A DNA stretch of 64,000 bases, taken from positions 75,392,001-75,456,000 of the forward strand of contig OZ024742.1 in the NCBI GenBank assembly GCA_964016885.1, read 5' to 3'. Shown here one piece after another: positions 28,434 to 41,880 of this stretch. The notes below the pieces were generated by a model. The model was not told where the DNA came from and made no database searches. It saw nothing but the letters and a program-made list of their open reading frames with translations. The position numbers and the translations under genes were made by a program. Position 1 is the first letter of the stretch, and every line of letters starts with the position of its first letter. The stretch comes from Eledone cirrhosa (taxonomy: Eukaryota).

Positions 28434-28479
28434 TAAGCTGACTGATCTGTTTTATACTGTTGGTAATCATCAGAGCTTA
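28434..28479 (-). ncRNA. HHR motif copy (GAAA>AAAA)
   Basis: taagct-CTGATGA-t-tac-caaca-gta-t-aAAA-cagatcag-TC-agctta. Confidence 0.65.
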
Positions 28480-28666
28480 GCACTCGCCTTTGCCTGTTGA
28501 AAATTATATATGTTGGATTCTTATAGAATTCCAGTAATAATCAGGAACTGATAATCAGACCTTGCGCTATTATTTTAGTGTAGTGACTATGTCACTAACT
28601 TCTTTTTTCAACAATCAGTTCCTGATTATCCAATATCTATAATTTTCAAAAGGCAAATGCGAGTGC

Positions 28667-28712
28667 TAAGCTCTGATGATTACCAACAGTATGAAAGAGA
28701 TCTGACAGCTTA
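28667..28712 (+). ncRNA. HHR motif copy (stem III and cleavage site mutated)
   Basis: taagct-CTGATGA-ttaccaacagtat-GAAA-gagatctg-ac-agctta. Confidence 0.65.
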
Positions 28713-28983
28713 TCTCCCTTTGTTTGTTGAAAAAAGAAATAAGTGACATAGTCACTACTTTAAAACAATAGTGCAAGGTCTTCAAAATGTTTTTAATTAA
28801 ACATACAATATATCACCAAATATACTATACATACATTCATGTATACATCGCTATTTCAGAGCACCAATTCTAATTTTCAATTTTGGCTGGACCGGCAATC
28901 GCTCTGTATAATCAGTTCCTGATTATTACTGGAATTCTATAAGAATCCAACATCTATAATTTTCAACAGACAAAAGTGAGTTC

Positions 28984-29029
28984 TAAGCTATGATGATTAC
29001 CAACAGTATGAAACAGATCTATCAGCTTA
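28984..29029 (+). ncRNA. HHR motif copy (C3A)
   Basis: taagct-aTGATGA-ttaccaacagtat-GAAA-cagatcta-TC-agctta. Confidence 0.65.
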
Positions 29030-29599
29030 TCTCCCTTTGTTTGTTGAAAAAAAATAAGTGACATAGTCACTTCTCTAAAATAATAGCGCAAGGTCTTCAA
29101 CATATTTTTAATTAAGCATACAGTATATTGCCAAATATACTATATATACATTCATGTATACATCGCTATTTCAGAGCACCAATTCTAATATATATATATA
29201 TATGAATTAGTATTGGTGCTCCACCATAGGGTTATGCGCGAATATGTATATCGAATAATATAGAGGATGTTTATGAAAAATATTTGCCAGCCTTCCGACT
29301 TGAAGTTTTAAGGTTGTGACCACCGTCACACATCCTAGCCTCAGTAAAAACAAGAGGAAAGTTACCGACAACGAATTGTCTCTCGTTTGCTGGTTGTCGT
29401 TGTCAAGTCTACATATACACCTTGATTTCGCTGAGACAAAAATAAGCAATAGAAACTTATGGATTTCTCACTTATGTATATGAGCTGATGAAGCTCAGAT
29501 TCATACGGAGCAGTTGCCTGTACGGCTTAAATTAAAAAAAGAATTATTATTGGTGTTCCAAAAGAGCGTTTTACGCATATATGTACGTGTTGTATATCT

Positions 29600-30172
29600 A
29601 TAATATTATAAACCTGAGTGTCGTGTGTATGTATTATGTATGTATCCTACACACCGCCCTATAGTTTCTGAGCTTTACTCTCTCCGTCGCTCTTCTCTCT
29701 CTCTATAATAGATCATTGCCCCTCTCTATAATTTAACTGCTTTACTCTCTCTGTCGCTCTTCACTCTCAAATATTATAAAGCTGAGCGTTGTAGTATCTC
29801 TCTCTCCCTCTTTCCCCCTCTCTATAATTTAACTGCTTTACTCTCTGTCTCTCTTCACTCTATATATGACAACACTCTTTTACTTTCCGTAGAGATGAGC
29901 GTTGTATGTAAGTTCGGTCAACACGTATTTATCCTACACACCTCCCTATAGTTTCTTAGCTTTACTCTCTCCGTCGCTCTTCCCTCTCTCTATAATAAAT
30001 AATTCCCCCTCTCTATAATTGAACTGCTTTACTCTCTCTGTCGCTCTTCACTCTCAAATATTATAAAGCTGAGCGTCGTCTCTCTCTCTCTCTCTCCCTC
30101 TTTCACCCTCTCTATAATTTAACTGTTTTACTCTCTATATGATAACACTCTTTTACTTTCCGTATCTACCTT
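29600..30172. repeat. CT-rich duplicated repeat (~290-bp period) with internal ctctataatttaactgctttactctct subunits
   Basis: tatcctacacac...ccctatagtttct at ~29643 and ~29930. A related piece lies at 31140-31235. Confidence 0.75.
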
Positions 30173-30189
30173 CAATATATCAATATATA

Positions 30190-30445
30190 CCCAGGTTCTG
30201 CTGCACGTCGGGCTGAGGGGGCCACACTCCTCAAATACCGGTCGCTCTCCGACAGGTTTGCGGTCGTCCCCCTGGCAGTGGAGACTTCTGGTGTTCTCGG
30301 CCCCAGGGCTACCTCCTTACTCACCATCATAGGGGCTGAGCTGGCCAGCCGCAGGTGTGAGCCCCGCGAGTTGGGGTGGCTTTTCCAGCGCGTCTCCCTT
30401 GCCGTCCTCCGGGGAAACGCCTTCTCCATTCTGTCCACCGGGGTA
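30190..30445 (+). mobile_element. 3' fragment of a CRE-clade non-LTR element (restriction-like endonuclease C-terminus)
   Basis: GSAARRAE...KY...PLAVETSGVLG...LFQRVSLAVLRGNA. GC-rich island in AT-rich DNA. Confidence 0.8.
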
Positions 30446-30695
30446 TTGCGTACCGTTGTAGTTTTTGTATACAGATATTAACTCTTCAATCCCATTATTT
30501 ATATCATATATCAACATAGAGATTAGTGTCGTATGTATGTTTATTCAAAGGGATAACTCCGTTCAAATTCGATCAAAACTCAAGCAGGTAATACATACAT
30601 CAAAAGGCAACCCTCTTAGAGAGGCAGAGTGAAAGAGATAGATTAGGAAAACTACACACACACACACATCTAAAGAGAGAGAGAGAGAGGAGAGA

Positions 30696-30780
<85 letters not shown>

Positions 30781-30929
30781 AAGAGAAACAGGGGGACGGG
30801 CAAGCAGGTAATACATACATCTAAAATGATTTGGATACAAATATCATAATATAACGTTTGCAGAACGAAAATACAGACAAATATAATAATGTATGTATGC
30901 CACACACCTTTTCTGTCGTCGCTCGCATA

Positions 30930-30967
<38 letters not shown>

Positions 30968-31232
30968 CATACTTTCACACCTGATTTCGCCAATTGCCGG
31001 ATAACATCAAAACAAAACACACAGACACACACATGCACATACACACATACACAAAAACACATACACATACACAAACACACACACACACATATCTCTGCTT
31101 TATATGTATGTATGTATGTATGCATGTATGTATGTAAGATTATTCCCCCTCTCTATAATGTAACTGATTTACTCTCTATGTCGCTCCTCACTCTCTATAT
31201 GGCAACACTGTTTTAGTTTCCGTATCTCCCTT

Positions 31233-31270
<38 letters not shown>

Positions 31271-31302
31271 AGATCAAAAGATGGTTAAAGGAGTTCCATG
31301 TA

Positions 31303-31369
31303 TTTTATTATGCGCATTTCAAAAACAAACATCATCATGCAATAATATTTGTGTTTTCATCAGATAAAA
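31303..31369 (-). ncRNA. Type I HHR motif
   Basis: ttttat-CTGATGA-aaacacaaat...gtttgttttt-GAAA-tgcgca-TA-ataaaa. Confidence 0.82.
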
Positions 31370-31482
31370 CAGCACATGATATGAAGGCTAAAAGACACTT
31401 GTGGATAGTGCAGTTTTAAATCAACATATCCACAAGTGCACTATCCACAAGTGTTTTTTAGCCTTCATATCATGTCCTCCTG

Positions 31483-31549
31483 TTTTATCTGATGAAAACA
31501 CAAATATTATTGCATGATGATGTTTGTTTTTGAAATGCGCATAATAAAA
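31483..31549 (+). ncRNA. Type I HHR motif
   Basis: Same motif. Stem I ttttat/ataaaa, stem III palindrome atgcgcat. Confidence 0.82.
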
Positions 31550-31674
31550 TACATGGAACTCCTTTAACCATCTTTTGATCTTATATATTATGTATACTCC
31601 AGCCCTACAAACTGTAGAGAGCTTCTTATCCGATATCTGCATTGCTTTATTGTACTACAATAAAACTCACCTCC

Positions 31675-31728
<54 letters not shown>

Positions 31729-31881
31729 AGAGAGAGATTTAGAGAAAGATTAGGAAAACTACACACACACATCTACAGAGAGAGACAGAAAAACAGAGGG
31801 AGGGGAGAAGAGAGAGATAAGCCATTAGACAGAGAGAGATACAATTAATGAGTTAGTTATTCAGAGAGAGAGAGAGAGAGA

Positions 31882-31935
<54 letters not shown>

Positions 31936-32761
31936 GTCGAAAGGACGATGTGACACGGGAGGGTGTGAGGTATCTTTGCAGTGGAGTGGTGGGGGCAGGT
32001 ATACCTATCCGGACGGGGCAGCAAGTATATATATATGTATGACGTTATGTTGGAGCATCAATACAATTTATAAAATTAAAATGTGTGAAATCCTTGGTGC
32101 AGTTAGGTATATAAAAAAAAAAAAAAAAGAATGACTTCACTTGTAGTTCTAAAAAATTTAATTTAATTTTATATTATAATTTTACAATTTGGTTTTGTAG
32201 ATCTAGTAAGTTCTTTGTTAACTTCGGCGGGGAGATTTTTTAAAGGTTGCTGGTTAACTTCCGGGAGAACTTTCTCGCATTCGTCGATGGCGATTGTCGA
32301 ACTGATATATATATATAATAATAAGACGTTCTTTCTCTTCTCTCTTAGATGTAAGACGAAATAGCTTGGCTCATTATTGTGTGCAACTGGTATTCTTTCT
32401 GTTGTCCAATTTCTTAGTCGAAAGACTTTAAAGTTTAACATTTATATTGTTAATAATAATGTTACTGTAAATCATAATACATTATTGTTTAATATTTTGT
32501 GTTTAACGTTTTTCTTTTGTTTTCAAAAATAATGTTAGTTCACTTCGAAGTTTCGCCGGTGGGACCGTTTTTCAAAATGGATCAATGTAGATGAATCTTT
32601 CGCTGTATATAGCATTAAATATATTTAGATGAGAGATATTGTATGTATGTATGTATGTATGTATGTATGTATGTATGTATGTATGTATGTATGTATGTAT
32701 GTATGTATGTATGTGTGTATGTATGTATGTACCTATATCTATATATCTACATATACATAAA

Positions 32762-32857
<96 letters not shown>

Positions 32858-33045
32858 GATAAATCTACCAAGAGTTTACGGTAGTGTCCAATCCGTATGA
32901 AGAACTCAATGTATTCCGGATAATCATGGAAAGAAGAGATGTAATGAAAATCCACTTTCGGTGAAAGATAAACGGTATACAGAGTCAAGATAAAATATTA
33001 AACAAATAATGAATAAACAATTCCTTATATTAAACAAAAAAAGTT

Positions 33046-33196
33046 CATTATTTAACGATCGTTTCTAGGGTATATATGTGTTATAATTGGTATGCATATT
33101 CAACAGATCTATGTACAAAATTATACAAAATTATACAAATTATCAAGATTAAATATACATACCTAACACATATATACGCCGTCTTCAGAAATAATG
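33046..33196 (-). ncRNA. Type I HHR motif with ~116-nt stem II
   Basis: cattattt-CTGAAGA-c...tatatatgtgtta...taacacatatata...a-GAAA-c-gatc-g-TT-aaataatg. Perfect 8-bp stem I. Confidence 0.78.
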
Positions 33197-34033
33197 AAGT
33201 ATATTTATTGATAAAACAACAATTCAAAATATCAGTTCAAAATTGACCAATGAAAACACAAAGGGTTAAAAGCAGTTCGGTGTGTGTATATACATGTAAA
33301 ATCCTTACACATATTTTACAAAAATGTGTGTATAATTTATATACGCATACTAAAAAGATGGATGCAAACACAAAATTTCAAGGTTAATATCTCTGTAAGC
33401 TTAAAACATGCTGATAAGATGCGCATTGATACTTATGGAGTCAAGCATATAAATATATTTTTTCATACTCACACATATCAGCATAATCACACATACATGC
33501 GCGTATATGCATAAATATACACATAACCACGAACATACAAACACACACACACCCCCACTCACATTTATATATGTGGATATAAAATCATAAGCACATAGAA
33601 ATTAAATCACTCACATAAAACACTGGCACACACATTTCAAGATCAAGATACAGAAATTAGGTGGGAGGGGGGGGAGGGGTCAGTATTCAATTGTCTGAGC
33701 AGACTGCCTAATATAAATGTATCTATAAATTAAGAGAAATAAAAAAAAAATATAAAAAAAATAAAACAATAAAGTATAATAAATATAATATAATATATAT
33801 ACACATACAGATATATATACACATACATACATGTACGCGCACATAGAAATATTTACGCATACACACATACACACATACATATACAGTCATACACACACAT
33901 ACACTTACACGAACATACACATACACATATAAAAAGATATACATATACACACACACACGCGCAACACATACACACATACACATATATATAAAAAATAGAT
34001 AATAAAGATATATATCCATATATATATATATAT

Positions 34034-34086
<53 letters not shown>

Positions 34087-34539
34087 CACATACATACATA
34101 TACATACACATACATCTAAATATACATACACATACATACACACATACATGTACATACATGTACATACACATACGCACATCGATATACATATATATATATA
34201 TATATATATACATATATATACACTCACATAGACATATAGATACATACACACAACTTACATACACACGTATATATATATATATAGATGTACCTTCATACAT
34301 AGAATTAGATATATAATCATACATACATATGCACCTACTTATACTCATATATATAAATACATACTCTTTCATATATGTGTATATACATAAAAAACAATAC
34401 AACCTCACCAAACTCAGACATACAAATAAAAATAATGATAAAAAGGCATATGTATATACATACACACACGCATTAATAGAGATATATATATATATACACA
34501 CATACACACACACATATATATATATACACACATATATAT

Positions 34540-34592
<53 letters not shown>

Positions 34593-34723
34593 TAGACTCA
34601 TACATATATATATATATATATATATATAAACATATATATCCACACACTCATACCACCATAAATACACATACAAACACCCACATGTATATATATATATATA
34701 TCTATATACACACACGTATATAC

Positions 34724-34762
<39 letters not shown>

Positions 34763-34928
34763 CACATAATAAAAAACAGACATGCACATATATATATATA
34801 TATATATATTTTATTACTCTTATATATACACATATTATATATACATACACAACCTCACTTATACACATATACACATAAGTTATATTATAATAATAAAGAA
34901 TAATATACATATATATATATACATATAC

Positions 34929-34960
<32 letters not shown>

Positions 34961-35086
34961 ATACATACACATACATACATACACATAAACATATACATAC
35001 ATAAATACACACATACGAATAAAGACATATATTCACACATAGACACCTATATATATATATATATATATATATCTATATATATATAT

Positions 35087-35129
<43 letters not shown>

Positions 35130-36288
35130 CACACACACACACACACACAGACACACATACACACTCACATATATATATATATATATATGTGTATGTGTGT
35201 GTGCGCACATACACATATATACACACACACACATACAAACACACACAAACACATACATATGCATACGTGCACACACACACACATATATCACATAGATACG
35301 AAGATAAAACGAAGATAAACATATAAATAGAGAGACATACATATATATACACAACACACATACACATACATACATACACGCATATACATATACATACATA
35401 TACACATATATATATTCCTATATATACAAGCATACACATACATACACATATATACACACACATACACATATACATACAACACATTCACATACACATACAT
35501 ATATAATGCATATATATACATATATATACACATACATTTGTATGTACAATCATATATACACACACAATCTTACATTCATATTTGCATGCTCATATATGTA
35601 TTTTTATATTTAGATATAAATACCCAAACCTATATAGACACCTACTTACATATATATTCATACATAGACGCTTACAAATACAGATGATAATAGTATGGGG
35701 GAAAGGGGGGGTTTGGAGAAGGGGATCAAAGTAAATATATGTTTAAAGAAACATATAATATTTTCCGTATCTTAATTCAATGTATGTTCTTATATATTTT
35801 CAGTGCTAGGAAATACGAAATCTATGCATCTCAAAATAAATAAGTATACCATTAATCATATGTTAACCAAACCAAAGATAGTCAACATATTGATTTCTAA
35901 GGTGTAAATTAGTTAGGTTTATAATATTTGAAGCAGAATTTTGAAGTCAAACAGTAGTAGATTATTAATTACAGTATAACTAAATTAAAGTTAATAACGT
36001 TATGGTATCAATATTAGGAGATGAATTTAGTAATAGGGAAAAGAAACCCAAATAAAAATAAAATAAAGTATTACATCGGTAGTAGCATATAAATTATATG
36101 TTAATTAAATTAAAAATTATATATTTATTTCAATAGTATACGTTAATTAGTATATGTTAATTAGGTATACAATACATAAAGCAGATATTGTATTTCATCA
36201 ATAGCATAATATAATTATATGCAAATAGAAATCAAAATTAATACGCATACATATACATATACATACACATACACATATACATACATAT

Positions 36289-36337
<49 letters not shown>

Positions 36338-37173
36338 TACACATATATACATACATACAGATACACATACACAACACACACATATACATACACATATACA
36401 TATACATATCTTTTTCAAAAAATTGCACAGAATATATTAACTAGGTATATATCCAAAACACATCCCATTCTATGATTACATGACATTCTGCAATTCGTCT
36501 GTATAAGGATACTAATTTTAAACAAATTAAAATTAAAATTTTTAGGTTGATTAAAACTAAAACCAAATAATAAATATATTTCCAAAATATATATTAATTA
36601 GGTCTATAATACTAAAAATTATTTCTCTGTCATTGGATACATGATATTATTTTGTTATATTTTATATATAGGTTTGGGTATTTATATCTAAATATAAAAA
36701 TACATATATGAGCATGCAAATATGAATGTAAGATTGTGTGTGTATATATGATTGTACATACATATGTATGTGTATATATATGTATATATATGCATTATAT
36801 ATGTATGTGTATGTGAATGTGTTGTATGTATATGTGTATGTGTGTGTATATATGTGTATGTATGTGTATGCTTGTATATATAGGAATATATATATGTGTA
36901 TATATGTATGTATATGTATATGCGTGTATGTATGTATGTGTATGTGTGTTGTGTATATATATGTATGTCTCTCTATTTATATGTTTATCTTCGTTTTATC
37001 TTCGTATCTATGTGATATATGTGTGTGTGTGTGCACGTATGCATATGTATGTGTTTGTGTGTGTTTGTATGTGTGTGTGTGTATATATGTGTATGTGCGC
37101 ACACACACATACACATATATATATATATATATATGTGAGTGTGTATGTGTGTCTGTGTGTGTGTGTGTGTGTG

Positions 37174-37216
<43 letters not shown>

Positions 37217-37342
37217 ATATATATATATAGATATATATATATATATATATATATAGGTGTCTATGTGTGAATATATGTCTTTATTCGTATGTGTGTATTT
37301 ATGTATGTATATGTTTATGTGTATGTATGTATGTGTATGTAT

Positions 37343-37374
<32 letters not shown>

Positions 37375-37540
37375 GTATATGTATATATATATATGTATAT
37401 TATTCTTTATTATTATAATATAACTTATGTGTATATGTGTATAAGTGAGGTTGTGTATGTATATATAATATGTGTATATATAAGAGTAATAAAATATATA
37501 TATATATATATATATGTGCATGTCTGTTTTTTATTATGTG

Positions 37541-37579
<39 letters not shown>

Positions 37580-37708
37580 GTATATACGTGTGTGTATATA
37601 GATATATATATATATACATGTGGGTGTTTGTATGTGTATTTATGGTGGTATGAGTGTGTGGATATATATGTTTATATATATATATATATATATATATGTA
37701 TGAGTCTA

Positions 37709-37761
<53 letters not shown>

Positions 37762-38214
37762 ATATATATGTGTGTATATATATATATGTGTGTGTGTATG
37801 TGTGTATATATATATATATCTCTATTAATGCGTGTGTGTATGTATATACATATGCCTTTTTATCATTATTTTTATTTGTATGTCTGAGTTTGGTGAGGTT
37901 GTATTGTTTTTTATGTATATACACATATATGAAAGAGTATGTATTTATATATATGAGTATAAGTAGGTGCATATGTATGTATGATTATATATCTAATTCT
38001 ATGTATGAAGGTACATCTATATATATATATATACGTGTGTATGTAAGTTGTGTGTATGTATCTATATGTCTATGTGAGTGTATATATATGTATATATATA
38101 TATATATATATATGTATATCGATGTGCGTATGTGTATGTACATGTATGTACATGTATGTGTGTATGTATGTGTATGTATATTTAGATGTATGTGTATGTA
38201 TATGTATGTATGTG

Positions 38215-38265
<51 letters not shown>

Positions 38266-39100
38266 ATATATATATATATATGGATATATATCTTTATTAT
38301 CTATTTTTTATATATATGTGTATGTGTGTATGTGTTGCGCGTGTGTGTGTGTATATGTATATCTTTTTATATGTGTATGTGTATGTTCGTGTAAGTGTAT
38401 GTGTGTGTATGACTGTATATGTATGTGTGTATGTGTGTATGCGTAAATATTTCTATGTGCGCGTACATGTATGTATGTGTATATATATCTGTATGTCTAT
38501 ATATATTATATTATATTTATTATACTTTATTGTTTTATTTTTTTTATATTTTTTTTATTTCTCTTAATTTATAGATACATTTATATTAGGCAGTCTGCTC
38601 AGACAATTGAATACTGACCCCTCCCCCCCCTCCCACCTAATTTCTGTATCTTGATCTTGAAATGTGTGTGCCAGTGTTTTATGTGAGTGATTTAATTTCT
38701 ATGTGCTTATGATTTTATATCCACATATATAAATGTGAGTGGGGGTGTGTGTGTGTTTGTATGTTCGTGGTTATGTGTATATTTATGCATATACGCGCAT
38801 GTATGTGTGATTATGCTGATATGTGTGAGTATGAAAAAATATATTTATATGCTTGACTCCATAAGTATCAATGCGCATCTTATCAGCATGTTTTAAGCTT
38901 ACAGAGATATTAACCTTGAAATTTTGTGTTTGCATCCATCTTTTTAGTATGCGTATACAAATTATACACACATTTTTGTAAAATATGTGTAAGGATTTTA
39001 CATGTATATACACACACCGAACTGCTTTTAACCCTTTGTGTTTTCATTGGTCAATTTTGAACTGATATTTTGAATTGTTGTTTTATCAATAAATATACTT

Positions 39101-39251
39101 CATTATTTCTGAAGACGGCGTATATATGTGTTAGGTATGTATATTTAATCTTGATAATTTGTATAATTTTGTATAATTTTGTACATAGATCTGTTGAATA
39201 TGCATACCAATTATAACACATATATACCCTAGACACGATCGTTAAATAATG
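39101..39251 (+). ncRNA. Inverted copy of the long-stem-II HHR, core mutated (GAAA>GACA)
   Basis: Reverse complement of 33046-33196 except A>C at 39234. Confidence 0.7.
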
Positions 39252-39298
39252 AACTTTTTTTGTTTAATATAAGGAATTGTTTATTCATTATTTGTTTA

Positions 39299-39349
<51 letters not shown>

Positions 39350-39401
39350 CAATGAAAAAAGAAGACCGTATTCCAATATATTCCTTTAATGTTGCATAAA
39401 T

Positions 39402-39447
39402 ACACAATACGTATTTCTATGGCCGGCTGGCCTGCGTCATCAGGTGT
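39402..39447 (-). ncRNA. Type I HHR motif
   Basis: acac-CTGATGA-cgcaggccagccggccata-GAAA-tacgta-TT-gtgt. Confidence 0.72.
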
Positions 39448-40404
39448 GATTAACATAAAGGATTTACAAGATTTAGTAATTAACTACTGACTTAAGGCAA
39501 AATATAAACAAATAATTGATACACAGGTGGTCCGACGAACGAAGCAATCTCGGCGACATACGGCCTCCGTATATATATATATATACACATATATATATAT
39601 ATATATATTTATATGTGCGTATTCATATACACACACATACACACGCACACACACATATATATATATATATAGAGAGAGAGATGGGGGGGGGGGACAGAGA
39701 GGACGATGAGGAGATAGAAATATAGCATGAGAGAGAGGTTATTTTCTATTACTGTGTAGCATTTACGAGTATACAGATACATACACGCTACCACGTTCAA
39801 ATATGGATCTCTATACGAGTGTAAATGTAACAGTAATGCATTCACGAATATTGCAGGATTATATTACAAATCTATTTTCTTGTGTGTCTAGTTATGAAAA
39901 TAAGTTATGCCTTAGATGTATACAAATGCTAGAAATTTCTGGATGAAAATAAGTTAAACTATTCTATAATACAATATTTCTGAATTATGGCTAACGCTTA
40001 TTTCTCATTCATATTGGAAATTATACAATAGAATATATTTTCCGTTTGATTATCGGAACCCAAGAATGAACCCCCTGAAATAGTAAGGAGAAATGGTATA
40101 AATGTATATAATTCCACAATGATAATAAACAGCAGATATTTTGTGCCTACTTCGTGATCAAACAGGCGAGATAATAAAATAATAATGCCATTGACAAAGG
40201 ATTAAATATTTTCGCGACAGGTAAAGAGGATTTAATTGTCATGAGTACATTACTGGCATATTTTTTTTATGAATCATAGACTGTTGAATGGCAAATTCCT
40301 TTTTGGTGAGTTTTGACGTCAGAAATGAAAAGCGTGTAGCTATATATCGAATTCCATTTAATGTAACTTACAACCGGTTCTGTTACTTCATCGTCCAAAT
40401 AATA

Positions 40405-40830
40405 ACATATTCTACACAAATGTTACCATATATTAACACTTATTCTACACACATGCTACCATATAACACATTACTCACTACACGTATTCTACACAAGTGC
40501 TACTATATAATATAACACAGCACAGCACGTATTCTACACAAATGTTAACATATAATATAATACATTATACACATCACATTCTCTACATAAATTCTACCAT
40601 ATAATATAACATATAACACCAACATATAATACAATACATCATACATAGCACGTACCCTACACACATGTCAACATATAATGTTACATTACACACATGTACA
40701 CTACATACATACCAACATATAATGCGATACATATAATGCGATACACAGCACGCACTCTACACACATACCAACATATAATACAATACACGTTCACCGCCCA
40801 ACAATTAAACATATAACACAAGTCACACAA
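40405..40830. repeat. Degenerate ~35-40 bp minisatellite
   Basis: Recurrent cacgtattctacacaaatgttaccatataatataatac-like units. Confidence 0.75.
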
Positions 40831-40970
40831 AGTGTACGAAATGAAATCGCCACCCAATAAAATAAAACATCACGTACAATATGTTCTGCAAAACAGTAAG
40901 TCTGAACATGTAGGTTATGAATTAGTGGGGAAACAAAAACCAGCATGATATGGTTACACCATCACAGTGA

Positions 40971-41068
40971 TAATAATTGTTTCTACTTTTGGCACAAGGC
41001 CAGCAATTATCCCAGTGCATTACTGGTGCTTTATTTTATCGACGCCTTATGGATGAAAGGCACAGTTA
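40971..41068 (-). mobile_element. SINE 3' fragment
   Basis: Minus strand cctttcatcc...gtcgataaaataaagcaccag...gctggccttgtgccaaaagtagaaacaattatta. Confidence 0.7.
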
Positions 41069-41069
41069 A

Positions 41070-41880
41070 GGGATAATGCAAAACAAAAGGGGCAGAGGAG
41101 ATTTACATAAAAACGAAGAAAAATAGGTAACAACTACAAATGAATAAGTAACAATAGCATTCTCCAATAGAAAGGAGAATAAGCCAGGAGTATGTTAGAA
41201 AACCCACAAATCCGAAACCACCTTAAATGTGAAGAGCACAAGAGGACAGAGGCCACATCCTCTCTGGACTCTCCAGCCAACAGGAGCATGCTCAGAGTTG
41301 GCACATTCACTCAGGCCAGCATCGCTACATTCACCAATAGTTTAACAAATGTCGTGGGTAGAAAGCACTTCATTCATCACCCTAATCTTCCTTCCAAAGT
41401 GGAGGTTGAAAAAGTTGATTAGGGTTTGTCGGAATACGAAAGTGTCTGTCTTCAGTCTTAAGTCACATCCACCACACAACCTCTTTCGCTACCGCCACCA
41501 GGCACAGAAAAACTGCTTGTCTTTCTCGACCAAAAGAAGATGGCGCGGAAACCTTCACGATGAATCTGCCGATAGTCGGATCCATCCTACACATCACAAT
41601 AGCTGTTCAAAAAAATTCCACAAGCTAGCAATGCTCAGACACTGGTCGAGTGCGTGTAGAACGGTTTCATTGTTCTTCGCGCACCTCGAACAGATCCGTC
41701 TGGCAGAAACTCCGTGCCTATGGAATTTGCCTAGAGTTAGCACTGCCCCCACCCACCCCATCGCAGCACACTGCATTTTCCGCCGAATCCTGGCAGGTCG
41801 TCAATTTAGAAATTACAGTCTGCCGCCATCTCTGTATCCTCGCTTTCCCTGAATAGTTTTGACAACAGTTGTGCTGCTGG
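41070..41880 (-). mobile_element. 3' fragment of a Tx1/L1 LINE related to the copy at 34-3600
   Basis: KFHRHGVSARRICSRCAKNNETVLHALDQC..LWNFFEQLL and LINFFNLHFGRKIRV match the 2920-3340 region. Confidence 0.82.

Larger units (their letters stand above)
28316..29189 (+). mobile_element. pLTR cluster: one inverted copy (~28316-28552) plus two tandem direct copies (period ~317 bp)
   Basis: Shared block gcaaggtcttcaa...agcttatctccctttgtttgttgaaaaa. Flanked by (TA)n. Confidence 0.88.
31262..31678 (+). mobile_element. Minimal PLE insertion: ~150-bp pLTR inverted repeat plus ~88-bp tail; same family as 57396-60352
   Basis: Arms ~31262-31411 and ~31437-31590. Tail ends aaaactcacctcctaca. (TA)n on both sides. 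Confidence 0.9.
32990..39307. repeat. Large near-perfect inverted repeat: arms 32990-35636 and 36665-39307 (~2.64 kb) with a ~1.03 kb spacer
   Basis: Unique anchors match as reverse complements (gggagggggggga/tccccccc, tacccaaacctatata/tatataggtttgggta). Arms are mostly AC/AT low complexity. Confidence 0.95.

Noticed and set aside
29481-29527. CTGATGA-agctc..gagc motif
   Set aside because: GAAA is absent and stem I is unsupported, so at most a decayed remnant.
32853-32988. ORF piece TVYLSPKVDFHYISSFHDYP as a PLE RT thumb
   Set aside because: Similarity is weak, and the position fits the non-coding pLTR tail better.
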